From Oscillospiraceae bacterium (GTDB lineage Bacteria; Bacillota; Clostridia; Oscillospirales; SIG519), in the NCBI GenBank assembly GCA_015067255.1, contig SVMS01000001.1, forward strand, positions 95,285-159,284: a stretch of 64,000 nt of DNA, written 5' to 3'. The notes beneath the pieces were generated by a model. The model was not told the origin of the DNA. It ran no database searches and saw only the letters and a list, made by a program, of their open reading frames with translations. Shown here piece by piece: positions 1 through 8,590 of this stretch. A program made the position numbers and the translations under genes. The stretch's first letter is position 1. Every line of letters begins with the position of its first letter.

Positions 1-78
1 TTTATTGACGATAAAAAAAGAAAAATACCATTTTTTTGAAACTGTTTAAATCAATTCCAAATAAGGAAATAATACAAA

Positions 79-141
79 AACTTATATGTAAAAAAAGTGT
101 TATCTTAAGGAAAGTTTAACTTATATGTGAAAAATTGTTAA
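79..141 (+). promoter_or_regulatory. Two direct repeats (aacttatatgt-aaaaa-gtta) upstream of the regulator pair; possible operator
   Basis: 79-102 aacttatatgtaaaaaaagtgtta and 118-141 aacttatatgtgaaaaattgttaa, offset 39 bp, in the AT-rich region upstream of the 270 start. Confidence 0.25.
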
Positions 142-269
142 GCGTCTATTAATAATTGTAATTGAATGATAAATAAAACTATTGTACAATGTTTATAATA
201 TTATATATTAGAAAGGTGTGAAAGAAAATAAACATACTTCAAGAATTTAATATTATCAAAGAGCAAGAG

Positions 270-1184
270 ATGAATGATTATGCAAAAATTAATTTTTCAG
301 ACCTTGTGGCAGCAAAGGGAACCTACTATTTTTTATCTGTCGCAAAAAAAGTTAAAGCTATCACTATTTTAATAAATGCCAATTTTTTCTCGAACACTTT
401 TTATTGGGGCAAAATGCTGAATATTATTATCCTTGAGCTTAAAAGACTCAATATAGAAAGCTTCATATATATATTGGAAGAGGATAAGCCTGTTGACCTT
501 TCGGATAAAAGGTTTTCTTCAGATGCTTTTATATTTATAGGCGCAAAAAGAGAATCAGCTATATCTCAGATAACAGCTTTAAAAAAACCGCATATATTTA
601 TAGACCCCATAAAAGAGCAAGCTCAGAGCACTATCGTTTCTCACGATAATTTTGCAGCAGGCTATAAATGCGCAAAAATATTTTATGATATGGGGCACCT
701 TACCTTTTGCTTTTTGGACGCTGATTCCAGGTCCTTGAGCTACGAAAAGCGTTACAACGGATTTGCCAGCTTTCTTACTCAGAATAAAATCGAGGACTTT
801 CCCCGTATTTCACCTATGACGGAGGCTAAGAACATCTCCGACATTTACAATTTTTCAGATATTTTAAAACTGAGCAAAAGGCCTACGGCGTTTTTTTGCG
901 CTTCCGACTTCATTTTGCTCTCTGCCTTTTCAATGTTTAAAAAGCTTAACCTTTCAGTCCCCGAGGACATTTCCATTATAAGCTTTGATAATTCCAATCC
1001 TCACGATATTGATAACATCTCTGTTGACAGCTTTGGAATTTCAGTTGTAAATATGGCTCTTACTGCCCTTTATATCCTTCTTATTTATATAGATTCAGGT
1101 ACAATCAGCTTGCCTATGGATATCTGTATAGATACTATCCTTGTAAAAAGAGGTTCTGTGAAAAATCCGAAAGAGGTGCTTTAA
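270..1184 (+). CDS. LacI/RbsB-type periplasmic-binding-fold ligand-binding domain protein lacking an HTH
   Basis: 304-aa ORF with LacI-core-like blocks (AITILINANFFSNTFY, VSHDNFAAGYKCAKIFYDMGH, PTAFFCASDFILLSAF, EDISIISFDN). No N-terminal HTH and no signal peptide. Stop directly abuts the next ATG (TAAATG at 1182-1187). Confidence 0.55.
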   Translation: MNDYAKINFSDLVAAKGTYYFLSVAKKVKAITILINANFFSNTFYWGKMLNIIILELKRLNIESFIYILEEDKPVDLSDKRFSSDAFIFIGAKRESAISQITALKKPHIFIDPIKEQAQSTIVSHDNFAAGYKCAKIFYDMGHLTFCFLDADSRSLSYEKRYNGFASFLTQNKIEDFPRISPMTEAKNISDIYNFSDILKLSKRPTAFFCASDFILLSAFSMFKKLNLSVPEDISIISFDNSNPHDIDNISVDSFGISVVNMALTALYILLIYIDSGTISLPMDICIDTILVKRGSVKNPKEVL

Positions 1185-2759
1185 ATGAAAATAATTCTTT
1201 ATAAATTCCCCTCAAAAGCAATTTCGGATAAAATTTGCGAGAACCTGAATAAAGACTTTGACGTTCTGAACATCAGCGTATTTTCAGAGGTTTTCCTGTC
1301 TGATATATTCAATAAGGAAAACTGTCTTATTATGGTATATGTTGACGAAACAAAAATGAAAGCCTTTTACGAAATAACCAATCTGATGAAATTTTATAAT
1401 GATGTTATTGTAGTGGCAATCAGCAAGAAATTCACATCGTCAACTATTCGTGAATGTTTTTTAAAGGGCGCGTATGACTGCATAGAAACAGATTGGAATA
1501 TAGATTACAGCGAAATTGTAAAAAGCTTTGAGGAAAAGAAAACGAGAAACCGTTTTGTCGATTTGTTAAAGCTTGAAAAAAACAACAGCTATATTGAGCG
1601 TCTTTTCCTTGATATTATAGAGAACAAAGGAAATGAGAGCAATTTCCAGACACGTGCCGAAAGCTTTAATATTTTAAAGTATACAAGCTTTTCCACAATA
1701 GTTTTGAAAATTGATTATCCCTTTGAAAAAACTTTTTCCCCTAATTTTGACGATTTTTCAAACGACCATTACGAAATATTAAAGCACTACGCTATTGACT
1801 TGGAGCAATTTTATTTTATCGAAGACTTTATTGTCTGCATAAAAAATAACGATGAAATTATTTTTATCATTTGCTCTATGGAGAAAAGCGCAAAGAAAAC
1901 CAATGCGGTTATTATGAACTTTTTAAGAGATTTGAATGAAAGCTTTTATACTCATACCAATTTGGAATTTCTTGCAGGCGTAAGCCAGATAAAAAGCAGT
2001 CTTGATTCTATTTATACCTGCTATAAGCAGTCCTTAGATGCTGTAGAATACGGCTTTTACCGTCTTAACGAAGCCTTTTTCTTTTATGACGGCAATTCTT
2101 TATCAAAGGAAATTATCCACGAAAATAACTATATAACAGGTATAGACTCGGCTATCGAGCTTAATGATACTCAGCAGATAACAACAAGTATCCTTATAGT
2201 GCTTGAACGCCTTGCAAAGTTTAATATGTCAATAAAAAATTATACCGATATAGTAGAGCTGATTCTTTACAGAATTATGTTTTTATCCTCAAAACGCGGA
2301 TACAAATTTTCTTTGGGAAACGCAAACGGTCTTAATATCCTTAAATGTATTTCAAAGCTTTACAGAATTGACAAAATGAAAAATGCTCTGAGCTTATTTT
2401 TGAATTCTGTTTTGAAATGCAACACTTCTAATACTTTAAAAAACAACGAAACTGTAAATCAGATAAAAAAATTCATTTACGAAAATTTCAGCTCCCCCAT
2501 AACGCTTACCTCAATAGCGGAGCATGTGCATTTGAATCCAAACTATCTTTCAGGCATATTCAAAGCGCAGACGGGAGAAAACCTCTATTCTTTTATGACA
2601 AATGTCAGAATGATTGAAGCCAAAAGGCTGCTTTCGGAAACAGATATGAGCATTTCCGATATTGCAACAGCTTGTGGATATTTAGAGCTTATTTCCTTCA
2701 GCAGAGCCTTTAAAAGAGCTTGCGGAGTTTCCCCCGGAAGCTATCGAAAAAAAGGTTAG
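1185..2759 (+). CDS. AraC-family transcriptional regulator with degenerate N-terminal receiver-like domain (YesN-like architecture)
   Basis: 524 aa. C-terminal AraC HTH pair (ITLTSIAEHVHLNPNYLSGIFK ... ISDIATACGYLELISFSRAFKRACGVSPGSYR). The N-terminal ~115 aa are receiver-shaped but lack the DD acidic pocket (MKIILYKFPS) and the conserved Lys (GAYDCIETD). Confidence 0.75.
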   Translation: MKIILYKFPSKAISDKICENLNKDFDVLNISVFSEVFLSDIFNKENCLIMVYVDETKMKAFYEITNLMKFYNDVIVVAISKKFTSSTIRECFLKGAYDCIETDWNIDYSEIVKSFEEKKTRNRFVDLLKLEKNNSYIERLFLDIIENKGNESNFQTRAESFNILKYTSFSTIVLKIDYPFEKTFSPNFDDFSNDHYEILKHYAIDLEQFYFIEDFIVCIKNNDEIIFIICSMEKSAKKTNAVIMNFLRDLNESFYTHTNLEFLAGVSQIKSSLDSIYTCYKQSLDAVEYGFYRLNEAFFFYDGNSLSKEIIHENNYITGIDSAIELNDTQQITTSILIVLERLAKFNMSIKNYTDIVELILYRIMFLSSKRGYKFSLGNANGLNILKCISKLYRIDKMKNALSLFLNSVLKCNTSNTLKNNETVNQIKKFIYENFSSPITLTSIAEHVHLNPNYLSGIFKAQTGENLYSFMTNVRMIEAKRLLSETDMSISDIATACGYLELISFSRAFKRACGVSPGSYRKKG

Positions 2760-2802
2760 TAAAAAACTGAGATTTTGTTTAATAACACCTTAAGTTTTTG
2801 CA

Positions 2803-2831
2803 TTGATTATAAACAAAAAATGTGGTACTAT
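2803..2831 (+). promoter_or_regulatory. Candidate sigma-A promoter for the SBP gene
   Basis: TTGATT (2803-2808), 17-nt spacer ending in TGg, then TACTAT (2826-2831); about 100 nt upstream of the 2931 ATG. Confidence 0.4.
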
Positions 2832-2930
2832 TTTAATGTGGTTTAGTGTTTGTGCTAAATATTAATTCGTTTTATTGATGTTTTTAAGTATTTTGTACTT
2901 AAGCATATAAAGAAAAGGAGAGAAAAACAT

Positions 2931-4421
2931 ATGAAAAAAATCAGTTCCATACTTGCCTTGTTGCTATGTATGTCTATGCTTCTTACCGCTTGCGGCGGCG
3001 GTCCTGCAATAGATGATGTAAGCGGAATCGGCTACGGTGGCGACGATGTGTATGGTGAAAACAGCTTAGGCGGCATTAACGGAGGTAACGGCGGAAACGG
3101 CGGCGGAAATAATACCGACGGAAACGGAAGCCAGGTAACTTCAAAATTCGGAGTTAAATCAAGAAAACAGCTTCCCGATTACATTAAAGATTTACCCGAA
3201 ACCTCTGAGCTCAAGATGTTTGTTACAGTTAGACCTAACGAAGTAGAACAAAAAGCTAAGCTTGAACTCTTCAAGACAATGACAGGAAAAACCTTTACTT
3301 TTAAATATGATGTTGCTACAGACTGGAATACTTATTCCGAAGAATTGGCAACTCTTGTTTCTTCAAACTCTGCACCTGACAGCTACAGCGTAGATATCAC
3401 TCAGGCTGCATTCGTAATGGGTAAAGGCGTTTTTGAAGATATATCAAATTACATAGACGCTACTGACCCTCTGTGGATTGAAACAACTCAAAATCCCAAT
3501 GATGTATATACAAAGTATAAGGGAACAAGATATGCAGTATGCACAAGCACAAGTGTTATCTCTAACGGTCTTCTTTATAATAAGAAGCTTACTGATGCTG
3601 CAGTTGCTAAATCAGGCGGCACTCTTCAGGACCCTGTTACAATGTTCTATAACAACAAATGGGATTGGAACGCTTTCGGAAAATTCGTAGAGCTTATCAC
3701 AGTTCCCGGAAACCCCGAACCCTCAGTTTACGGCGCTTCTATCAACTGGGCTTTCCTTGTTACCTGGATAGGTTCAACAGGTATCGACATTATTAAAATG
3801 GACGACAACAGCAAGCTTGTTTCCAATATCAGTGATAAGAATGTTTTACGTACCTATGAGTACATTCAGAGCTTAACTGCTAAGGGCTGTCTTGACAGAC
3901 TTACCTGGGATAATATTCCTAACCGCTTCTCTTCAAATAAGATAGGCTTTATCAGCGGACACGTATGGGATTACAATACTCCTGCATATCTCCCCTTGAA
4001 GCAGGCAGGAACAATTCAGTTTGTTCCCTATCCTAAGGATCCTGAGGCTGATAAATATTATCACAATGCCAATACAAACTTCTTTGCTATTCCTAAGGGC
4101 GCTAAAAACCCCTACGGTATAGCTGCTTGGGAATATCTTGGCAGATATATGCACTATAATGAGAATGAGAACTTCGTAAAAGCTCAGAAGGATATGTATG
4201 CAACAACTTACGGCTGGACAGACCAGGATTATCAGTATTATATAAAGGATATTGATAAAAAGGTTACTCCTATTACCTTTATCGGAAACAGACTTACAGA
4301 CTTTGATGATAAAAGATTTACAGAAGGTCTTGTAAATACAGCTCTCGGTACTCCTGCAAGTATTATTAACGAAGTTAAATCAGCTCACATTTCCGCTGTT
4401 GATAAATTTAACAGAAGTTAA
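2931..4421 (+). CDS. Lipoprotein, ABC-type extracellular solute-binding protein (family 1, sugar-type), no adjacent permeases
   Basis: 496 aa. RBS aaaggagag. Signal peptide plus lipobox (LLTAC-GGG). G/N-rich tether (GGINGGNGGNGGGNNTDGNG). SBP_bac_1-like blocks (KLELFKTMTGKTFTFKYD...WNTYSEELATLVSSNSAPDSY). Confidence 0.7.
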   Translation: MKKISSILALLLCMSMLLTACGGGPAIDDVSGIGYGGDDVYGENSLGGINGGNGGNGGGNNTDGNGSQVTSKFGVKSRKQLPDYIKDLPETSELKMFVTVRPNEVEQKAKLELFKTMTGKTFTFKYDVATDWNTYSEELATLVSSNSAPDSYSVDITQAAFVMGKGVFEDISNYIDATDPLWIETTQNPNDVYTKYKGTRYAVCTSTSVISNGLLYNKKLTDAAVAKSGGTLQDPVTMFYNNKWDWNAFGKFVELITVPGNPEPSVYGASINWAFLVTWIGSTGIDIIKMDDNSKLVSNISDKNVLRTYEYIQSLTAKGCLDRLTWDNIPNRFSSNKIGFISGHVWDYNTPAYLPLKQAGTIQFVPYPKDPEADKYYHNANTNFFAIPKGAKNPYGIAAWEYLGRYMHYNENENFVKAQKDMYATTYGWTDQDYQYYIKDIDKKVTPITFIGNRLTDFDDKRFTEGLVNTALGTPASIINEVKSAHISAVDKFNRS

Positions 4422-4527
4422 TAAGATTAATTTGTTATTTTAATTGTCCGGAGCAACAGCTTTGTTCAATTATTATATATTATTAATAATGCCTAACGGC
4501 ATAAAAAATTAAAAAAGGAGAATGAAA

Positions 4528-7500
4528 ATGAAAACAGCAAAAAAACTTTTGTGTTTGCTTATGACTGTAGCAATGCTTGTTTCTGTAATTGCTATAGCTC
4601 CTACAGTAAACGCAGCAAAAGGCCCTAACGGTTTAGTAGTTCTTGAGCCCGGCCTTGCTGATGATGGCTATACCCTCGATATAGGCAACTGGGTAGGCGG
4701 AACAGCTTTCTCTGCTATTCCCACAGCAAGCAACGGTTTCCCACTTGTTTGGGTTCCCGCCGGAGATGCCTTCAGCAACACTGATCCGGAAGATTATACA
4801 CAGGGCACAAACAAATTTGAAGTTCCCGGATTCTTTACTGATACGGTAATGTTGAGAGCTCCTTATTCAAGCGGCGGTCCGAGATACGTTGATTACAACG
4901 TTGTAGGCGGCTCCTACATCGGCTTCCTTTCTTACTACAGAAACAATTACAGCCCCTCTACTCTTTACAAAATGTGGTTCCAAAACGCTAATAACACCAA
5001 GGGTGTTAGAGTTATGTACTCCACAGATAACGGCGCTACTTGGGAAGGTCCCCTATCTCATTCTGCGCTCTTTGAGTTTACAAGAACTTCCACAAAAAAT
5101 GCAGCTCCGGGAAGTCAGGATGTAACCTCTCAGCTTAATACAATTGCTAGCTACGTTTTAAATAACAAAACTGCTACAGGAGCTATGTCCTACTTCTATG
5201 ATTACATAGGTATGTGTCATTCTTACCAAATTCCTGAAGACGCAACAATGGTAAGATACATATTCCCCGAAGAAGATCTGCTCCTTACTGATGTTAGCTG
5301 GGGAGTTTCATACGGCTTCTTCTATGGCGGCGCTGCAGCTTCTGCAACACCTATCTCCAATAAAAACTATGTGTTCGAGGGTACAACTGAAATCCCCTCA
5401 GAGCCCGATCCCGAGCCCGATCCCGAGCCCGAACCCGAGCCTGAATTACCTCCCGAAGCTGATAAGGATATCTTCTATCCCGGTACAGCTGACGACCTCA
5501 CAGGCAATGCCTACGGCAGCACACTCTACGGTAAGGCTAACTATTCAGACTACAATGTTGGTTATTTCACATCAATATGGGATTTCTTAACAGGTATGGA
5601 TATCCCTAATGTTGTTGGTAACACCAGATATTCCGAAACTGCTCAATTCTTAGGCTATAACGGTGCTACTCCCGAGGCGCTTGACAACGCAGAGAGAAGC
5701 CTTACATACAATGTTGTCGGCGACACTTATTTTGGCCTTGACTTCTACAGCGGTACTGCAGAAGTTGATTCCTTAATAGATATGATATATGACAGATATG
5801 ATACAGGCTGGCAGCTTTGGATTTCTTCCGATAACGGCGAAACCTATGAGAAAATCAATCCCTATGATTACTATCTAAATAAAATGGGTAGAATAGTAGT
5901 CATCGATGGGGCACAAAAAGACATTCCTGTTACAAACGCTGATTGTTGGTTTGGCCAAGGCGGTCACCTCGGTCTCCTTGACTTCCTTGTAAAGAACAAG
6001 CATTTACAACAGCCCGGCATGAGCCTTGGTGAAGCAGGTGTTGGTGCTTCTCACTTCTCAGTTGGTAAGGCTTACTACTTACCCGAAGGTACTACAAATG
6101 CAAAAATCGTATTCCCCTCTTTCTCTTTTGTAGGCAACGGCGATGCTGTTTGGAACGTTGCTCTTACAGGTGTTAAATCCTCTTTAACTCCTATCACTGC
6201 TGATAGCACAGGAACAATGGCTACAGCTGACGGCGTAACTCTTCCCGAGTATGACAATACCATTGCTTTAGATACCTTCAATAAAGCAACAGGCGCAGCA
6301 GTTGCTGCAGCAGGCTCTGCTAACGTTAACTATTCTTATAATGACTCTGCTGTTTATGTTAACGTTGAAACAGATGCTGATATCGTTGATTTCTACTACA
6401 TCAACAACATCAACTTCCTCCAGAACATAACAGGTAACACAGTATTTGATTTATTCAACATTCCTGCTAACGTTGACGGCGATATTTCCAGCGCTATCGG
6501 AAAGGTTTCCTACAACAAAACAACAGGTGAATTCACAACAGGCAATATGGGCGGCGTATTCTCTGCTGACGATGCTAAATATGCTAAGGCTACAGAGACA
6601 GGCGTATCCTTTATTGTTCCCCGTTCCACAGTTTGCGATAAATTCTTATTCCACGTTGCAGCTTACAACGAAGGCGACAGCACAATGCTTTCTACAGGAA
6701 GCATCAACGGCGGTAGCCTTGCAGGCTTCAAGACCTTGAACTTTGCTGATGTTTCTTCCAAGTATACATTTGCAGACGGTAAGGTTAACAACATTAAGTA
6801 CGGCACAACCGTAAACAACTTTATCATGGGCAACGGAGAGTCTGTAGCTCTTTACAACATCGACGGAAAAGCTCTTGCTTCCAACGAGATATTGAGAACA
6901 GGTACTTATGCAGTTGTTAACGGCAACAGATATGACATTATTCTCGAAAACGACGTAAACGGCGATGCTGATTTCAACGTTCTTGACCTTGTTACAGTAA
7001 GAAATTACCTCTTGAACGTTACTGACTTAGCTCCTGCTTCCAAGAAAGCTGCAGGCGCTGATGAAATTACAATCGTTGAGCTTCTTTCACTTAAGGATGA
7101 TATCCTTGCAGGAAAGACATTTGAGACAGAAGAAGCTTACTCTCCCAAATACATTTCTTTAGACGGCGAATATTCAATTAAGAATACTGCTTCTGCTCAG
7201 GCTATCAAAGATTACCTTGCTACTGCATTGACTGTTGAAGGCTTTATCAGCGCTACAACAGTTGGTACTCTTGAGCCCGGTGTTGACCCCACATTCGAAG
7301 CAGACCTTAACACTGTTTTAACAACAGGTGCTAAGCTTATCGCTCGCGCAGGCTTTGTTTGGGGAGCAGGTCTTGATATGAATATTCACTTTGCAAACTG
7401 CTTTAAGTGGGCTGATTATGTTCACAGAATCGATTCAAGAATTCTTCTTGAGGCTTGTATCTTTGAATCAATTGCTCAAACAACAGCAGAAAGAACAATG

Positions 7501-8361
7501 ATTCCTGCATATGTATTTGAAGCATTTGATCTTCCCGTTGAAACAAGAGCTTTCGATTACTGGAGCATTATTAACTATAATTATGAAAATAAATGGGGAG
7601 ACACTGTTTCAGTTCCCAACTTAGTAGAAACAGAAGCTCAGATGTGGTTCTACTACTTAGCTACACAGTATATTGATGCTGGCTTTGATGTTATCAATCT
7701 TGGTCAGGTAGCTATGTCCTTCGAGGAGGATGACGGTACAGTTCTTAACGAACTTCTCACAATGATAAGAGAATACGCTGCTGAAAACGGAAGAAACAAC
7801 AACGTTCTTATTACAGGACATAACAAATACAATATATCCAAGTTCATTCTTAAAGACGGCAATTTATTATTCGACTTTGATACATTCCCCTCTCGTATTT
7901 ACGACGGTGACGGAGAATATGCAATAGAAGCTAACGGATATATGCCTTGTACCTTGAAGGCAGGATACTTAGATTCTATCTATCAAAGAACTTCTGGCGG
8001 AAAACATCCTCAGGGTTACAATGTATCCGAAAACTTCTATGTAGTTGAAATCGACAACTTTGAAAATAACCATCCCGGTGATCCTACTCCTGCAACTCAT
8101 TATCCTTGGGGTTATGATGAAATCACATGGTTTGCTTTACAGCCCAAAGAAGGACAAACTAAATTCCTTAACCATATGATTAACTCTTTGAAGCTAACTG
8201 ATCCCGGCACAGGATATATCTCTCTTCCCGGACGTCGTACTGCTACACGTACTATAAACGGCGAGACTGAATACCACTTCAACGCTTCCTCTTTAGTTAA
8301 GAATGGTCAAGCACTTGAAAGTGTTTACAGAGATGTTTATTCAAAACAAATTTCAGCTTAA
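4528..8361 (+). CDS. Giant secreted multidomain protein (paralogue 1): two Asp-box-containing domains, Pro/Glu/Asp linker, dockerin-like EF-hand module, C-terminal unassigned putative glycosidase-like domain
   Basis: Start moved to ATG 4528 (7 nt after GGAG; the track ATG 4522 is only 1 nt after it). Signal peptide ending TVNA-AK. Asp-box-like YSTDNGATW and SSDNGETY. PEPDPEPDPEPEPEPE linker. DVNGDADFNVLD loop. About 430-aa C-terminal domain (ARAGFVWGAG...GQVAMSFEEDDG...VVEIDNFENN...WGYDEITWFALQP). Confidence 0.8.
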   Translation: MKTAKKLLCLLMTVAMLVSVIAIAPTVNAAKGPNGLVVLEPGLADDGYTLDIGNWVGGTAFSAIPTASNGFPLVWVPAGDAFSNTDPEDYTQGTNKFEVPGFFTDTVMLRAPYSSGGPRYVDYNVVGGSYIGFLSYYRNNYSPSTLYKMWFQNANNTKGVRVMYSTDNGATWEGPLSHSALFEFTRTSTKNAAPGSQDVTSQLNTIASYVLNNKTATGAMSYFYDYIGMCHSYQIPEDATMVRYIFPEEDLLLTDVSWGVSYGFFYGGAAASATPISNKNYVFEGTTEIPSEPDPEPDPEPEPEPELPPEADKDIFYPGTADDLTGNAYGSTLYGKANYSDYNVGYFTSIWDFLTGMDIPNVVGNTRYSETAQFLGYNGATPEALDNAERSLTYNVVGDTYFGLDFYSGTAEVDSLIDMIYDRYDTGWQLWISSDNGETYEKINPYDYYLNKMGRIVVIDGAQKDIPVTNADCWFGQGGHLGLLDFLVKNKHLQQPGMSLGEAGVGASHFSVGKAYYLPEGTTNAKIVFPSFSFVGNGDAVWNVALTGVKSSLTPITADSTGTMATADGVTLPEYDNTIALDTFNKATGAAVAAAGSANVNYSYNDSAVYVNVETDADIVDFYYINNINFLQNITGNTVFDLFNIPANVDGDISSAIGKVSYNKTTGEFTTGNMGGVFSADDAKYAKATETGVSFIVPRSTVCDKFLFHVAAYNEGDSTMLSTGSINGGSLAGFKTLNFADVSSKYTFADGKVNNIKYGTTVNNFIMGNGESVALYNIDGKALASNEILRTGTYAVVNGNRYDIILENDVNGDADFNVLDLVTVRNYLLNVTDLAPASKKAAGADEITIVELLSLKDDILAGKTFETEEAYSPKYISLDGEYSIKNTASAQAIKDYLATALTVEGFISATTVGTLEPGVDPTFEADLNTVLTTGAKLIARAGFVWGAGLDMNIHFANCFKWADYVHRIDSRILLEACIFESIAQTTAERTMIPAYVFEAFDLPVETRAFDYWSIINYNYENKWGDTVSVPNLVETEAQMWFYYLATQYIDAGFDVINLGQVAMSFEEDDGTVLNELLTMIREYAAENGRNNNVLITGHNKYNISKFILKDGNLLFDFDTFPSRIYDGDGEYAIEANGYMPCTLKAGYLDSIYQRTSGGKHPQGYNVSENFYVVEIDNFENNHPGDPTPATHYPWGYDEITWFALQPKEGQTKFLNHMINSLKLTDPGTGYISLPGRRTATRTINGETEYHFNASSLVKNGQALESVYRDVYSKQISA
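6160..6836 (+). repeat. High-identity tract shared with 20002-20678 (direct orientation, constant offset 13842 nt)
   Basis: Hand alignment gives roughly nine in ten positions identical, with uninterrupted identical runs of about 45-75 nt. The track's shadow ORFs 6446-6739 and 20288-20581 are nearly identical 97-mers. Confidence 0.85.
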
Positions 8362-8393
8362 CCTTATTTATTAAAAATCTAATTTAGATTTTA

Positions 8394-8430
8394 GCAAGGG
8401 TGTAGGGCTCTTCCCTGCACCCTTGCATTT
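8394..8430 (+). terminator. Hairpin after giant gene 1 (weak T-tail)
   Basis: gcaagggtgtaggg-ctctt-ccctgcacccttgc (13/14 bp) followed by attt. Confidence 0.5.
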
Positions 8431-8467
8431 AAACTATGGCAACTATTATTTTTACTTCTCCATTGTA

Positions 8468-8530
8468 ATAATGATTATCGAATGTCGAGAAATTGACCCA
8501 ATTTCTCGACAAAGCCTATGAAAATCGGCT
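8468..8530 (+). repeat. 63-bp module, copy 1 (inverted partner at 24460-24522)
   Basis: ataatgattatcgaatgtcgagaaattgacccaatttctcgacaaagcctatgaaaatcggct. 62/63 identical to the reverse complement of 24460-24522. Contains an 11-bp-stem hairpin (gtcgagaaatt/aatttctcgac). Confidence 0.9.
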
Positions 8531-8590
8531 TATCAAAACGCAAAAAAGCGTTTTGATAAACAACAATCTTTATAAGAAAGGAATTTTCTT

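Noticed and set aside
4522-4527. Alternative upstream start codons offered by the track (4522, 24375, 29843, 39319, 40873, 47993, 48194, 49020, 55977, 59497)
   Set aside because: In each case a downstream ATG has a properly spaced Shine-Dalgarno sequence and begins the signal peptide or conserved N-terminus. The upstream extension overlaps a promoter, hairpins or the preceding gene.
5401-5449. cccgatcccgagccc repeat encoding PEPDPEPDPEPEPEPE as a phase-variation microsatellite
   Set aside because: The repeat is in-frame (units are multiples of 3 nt), so slippage would only change linker length. It is a typical Pro/Glu/Asp interdomain linker.
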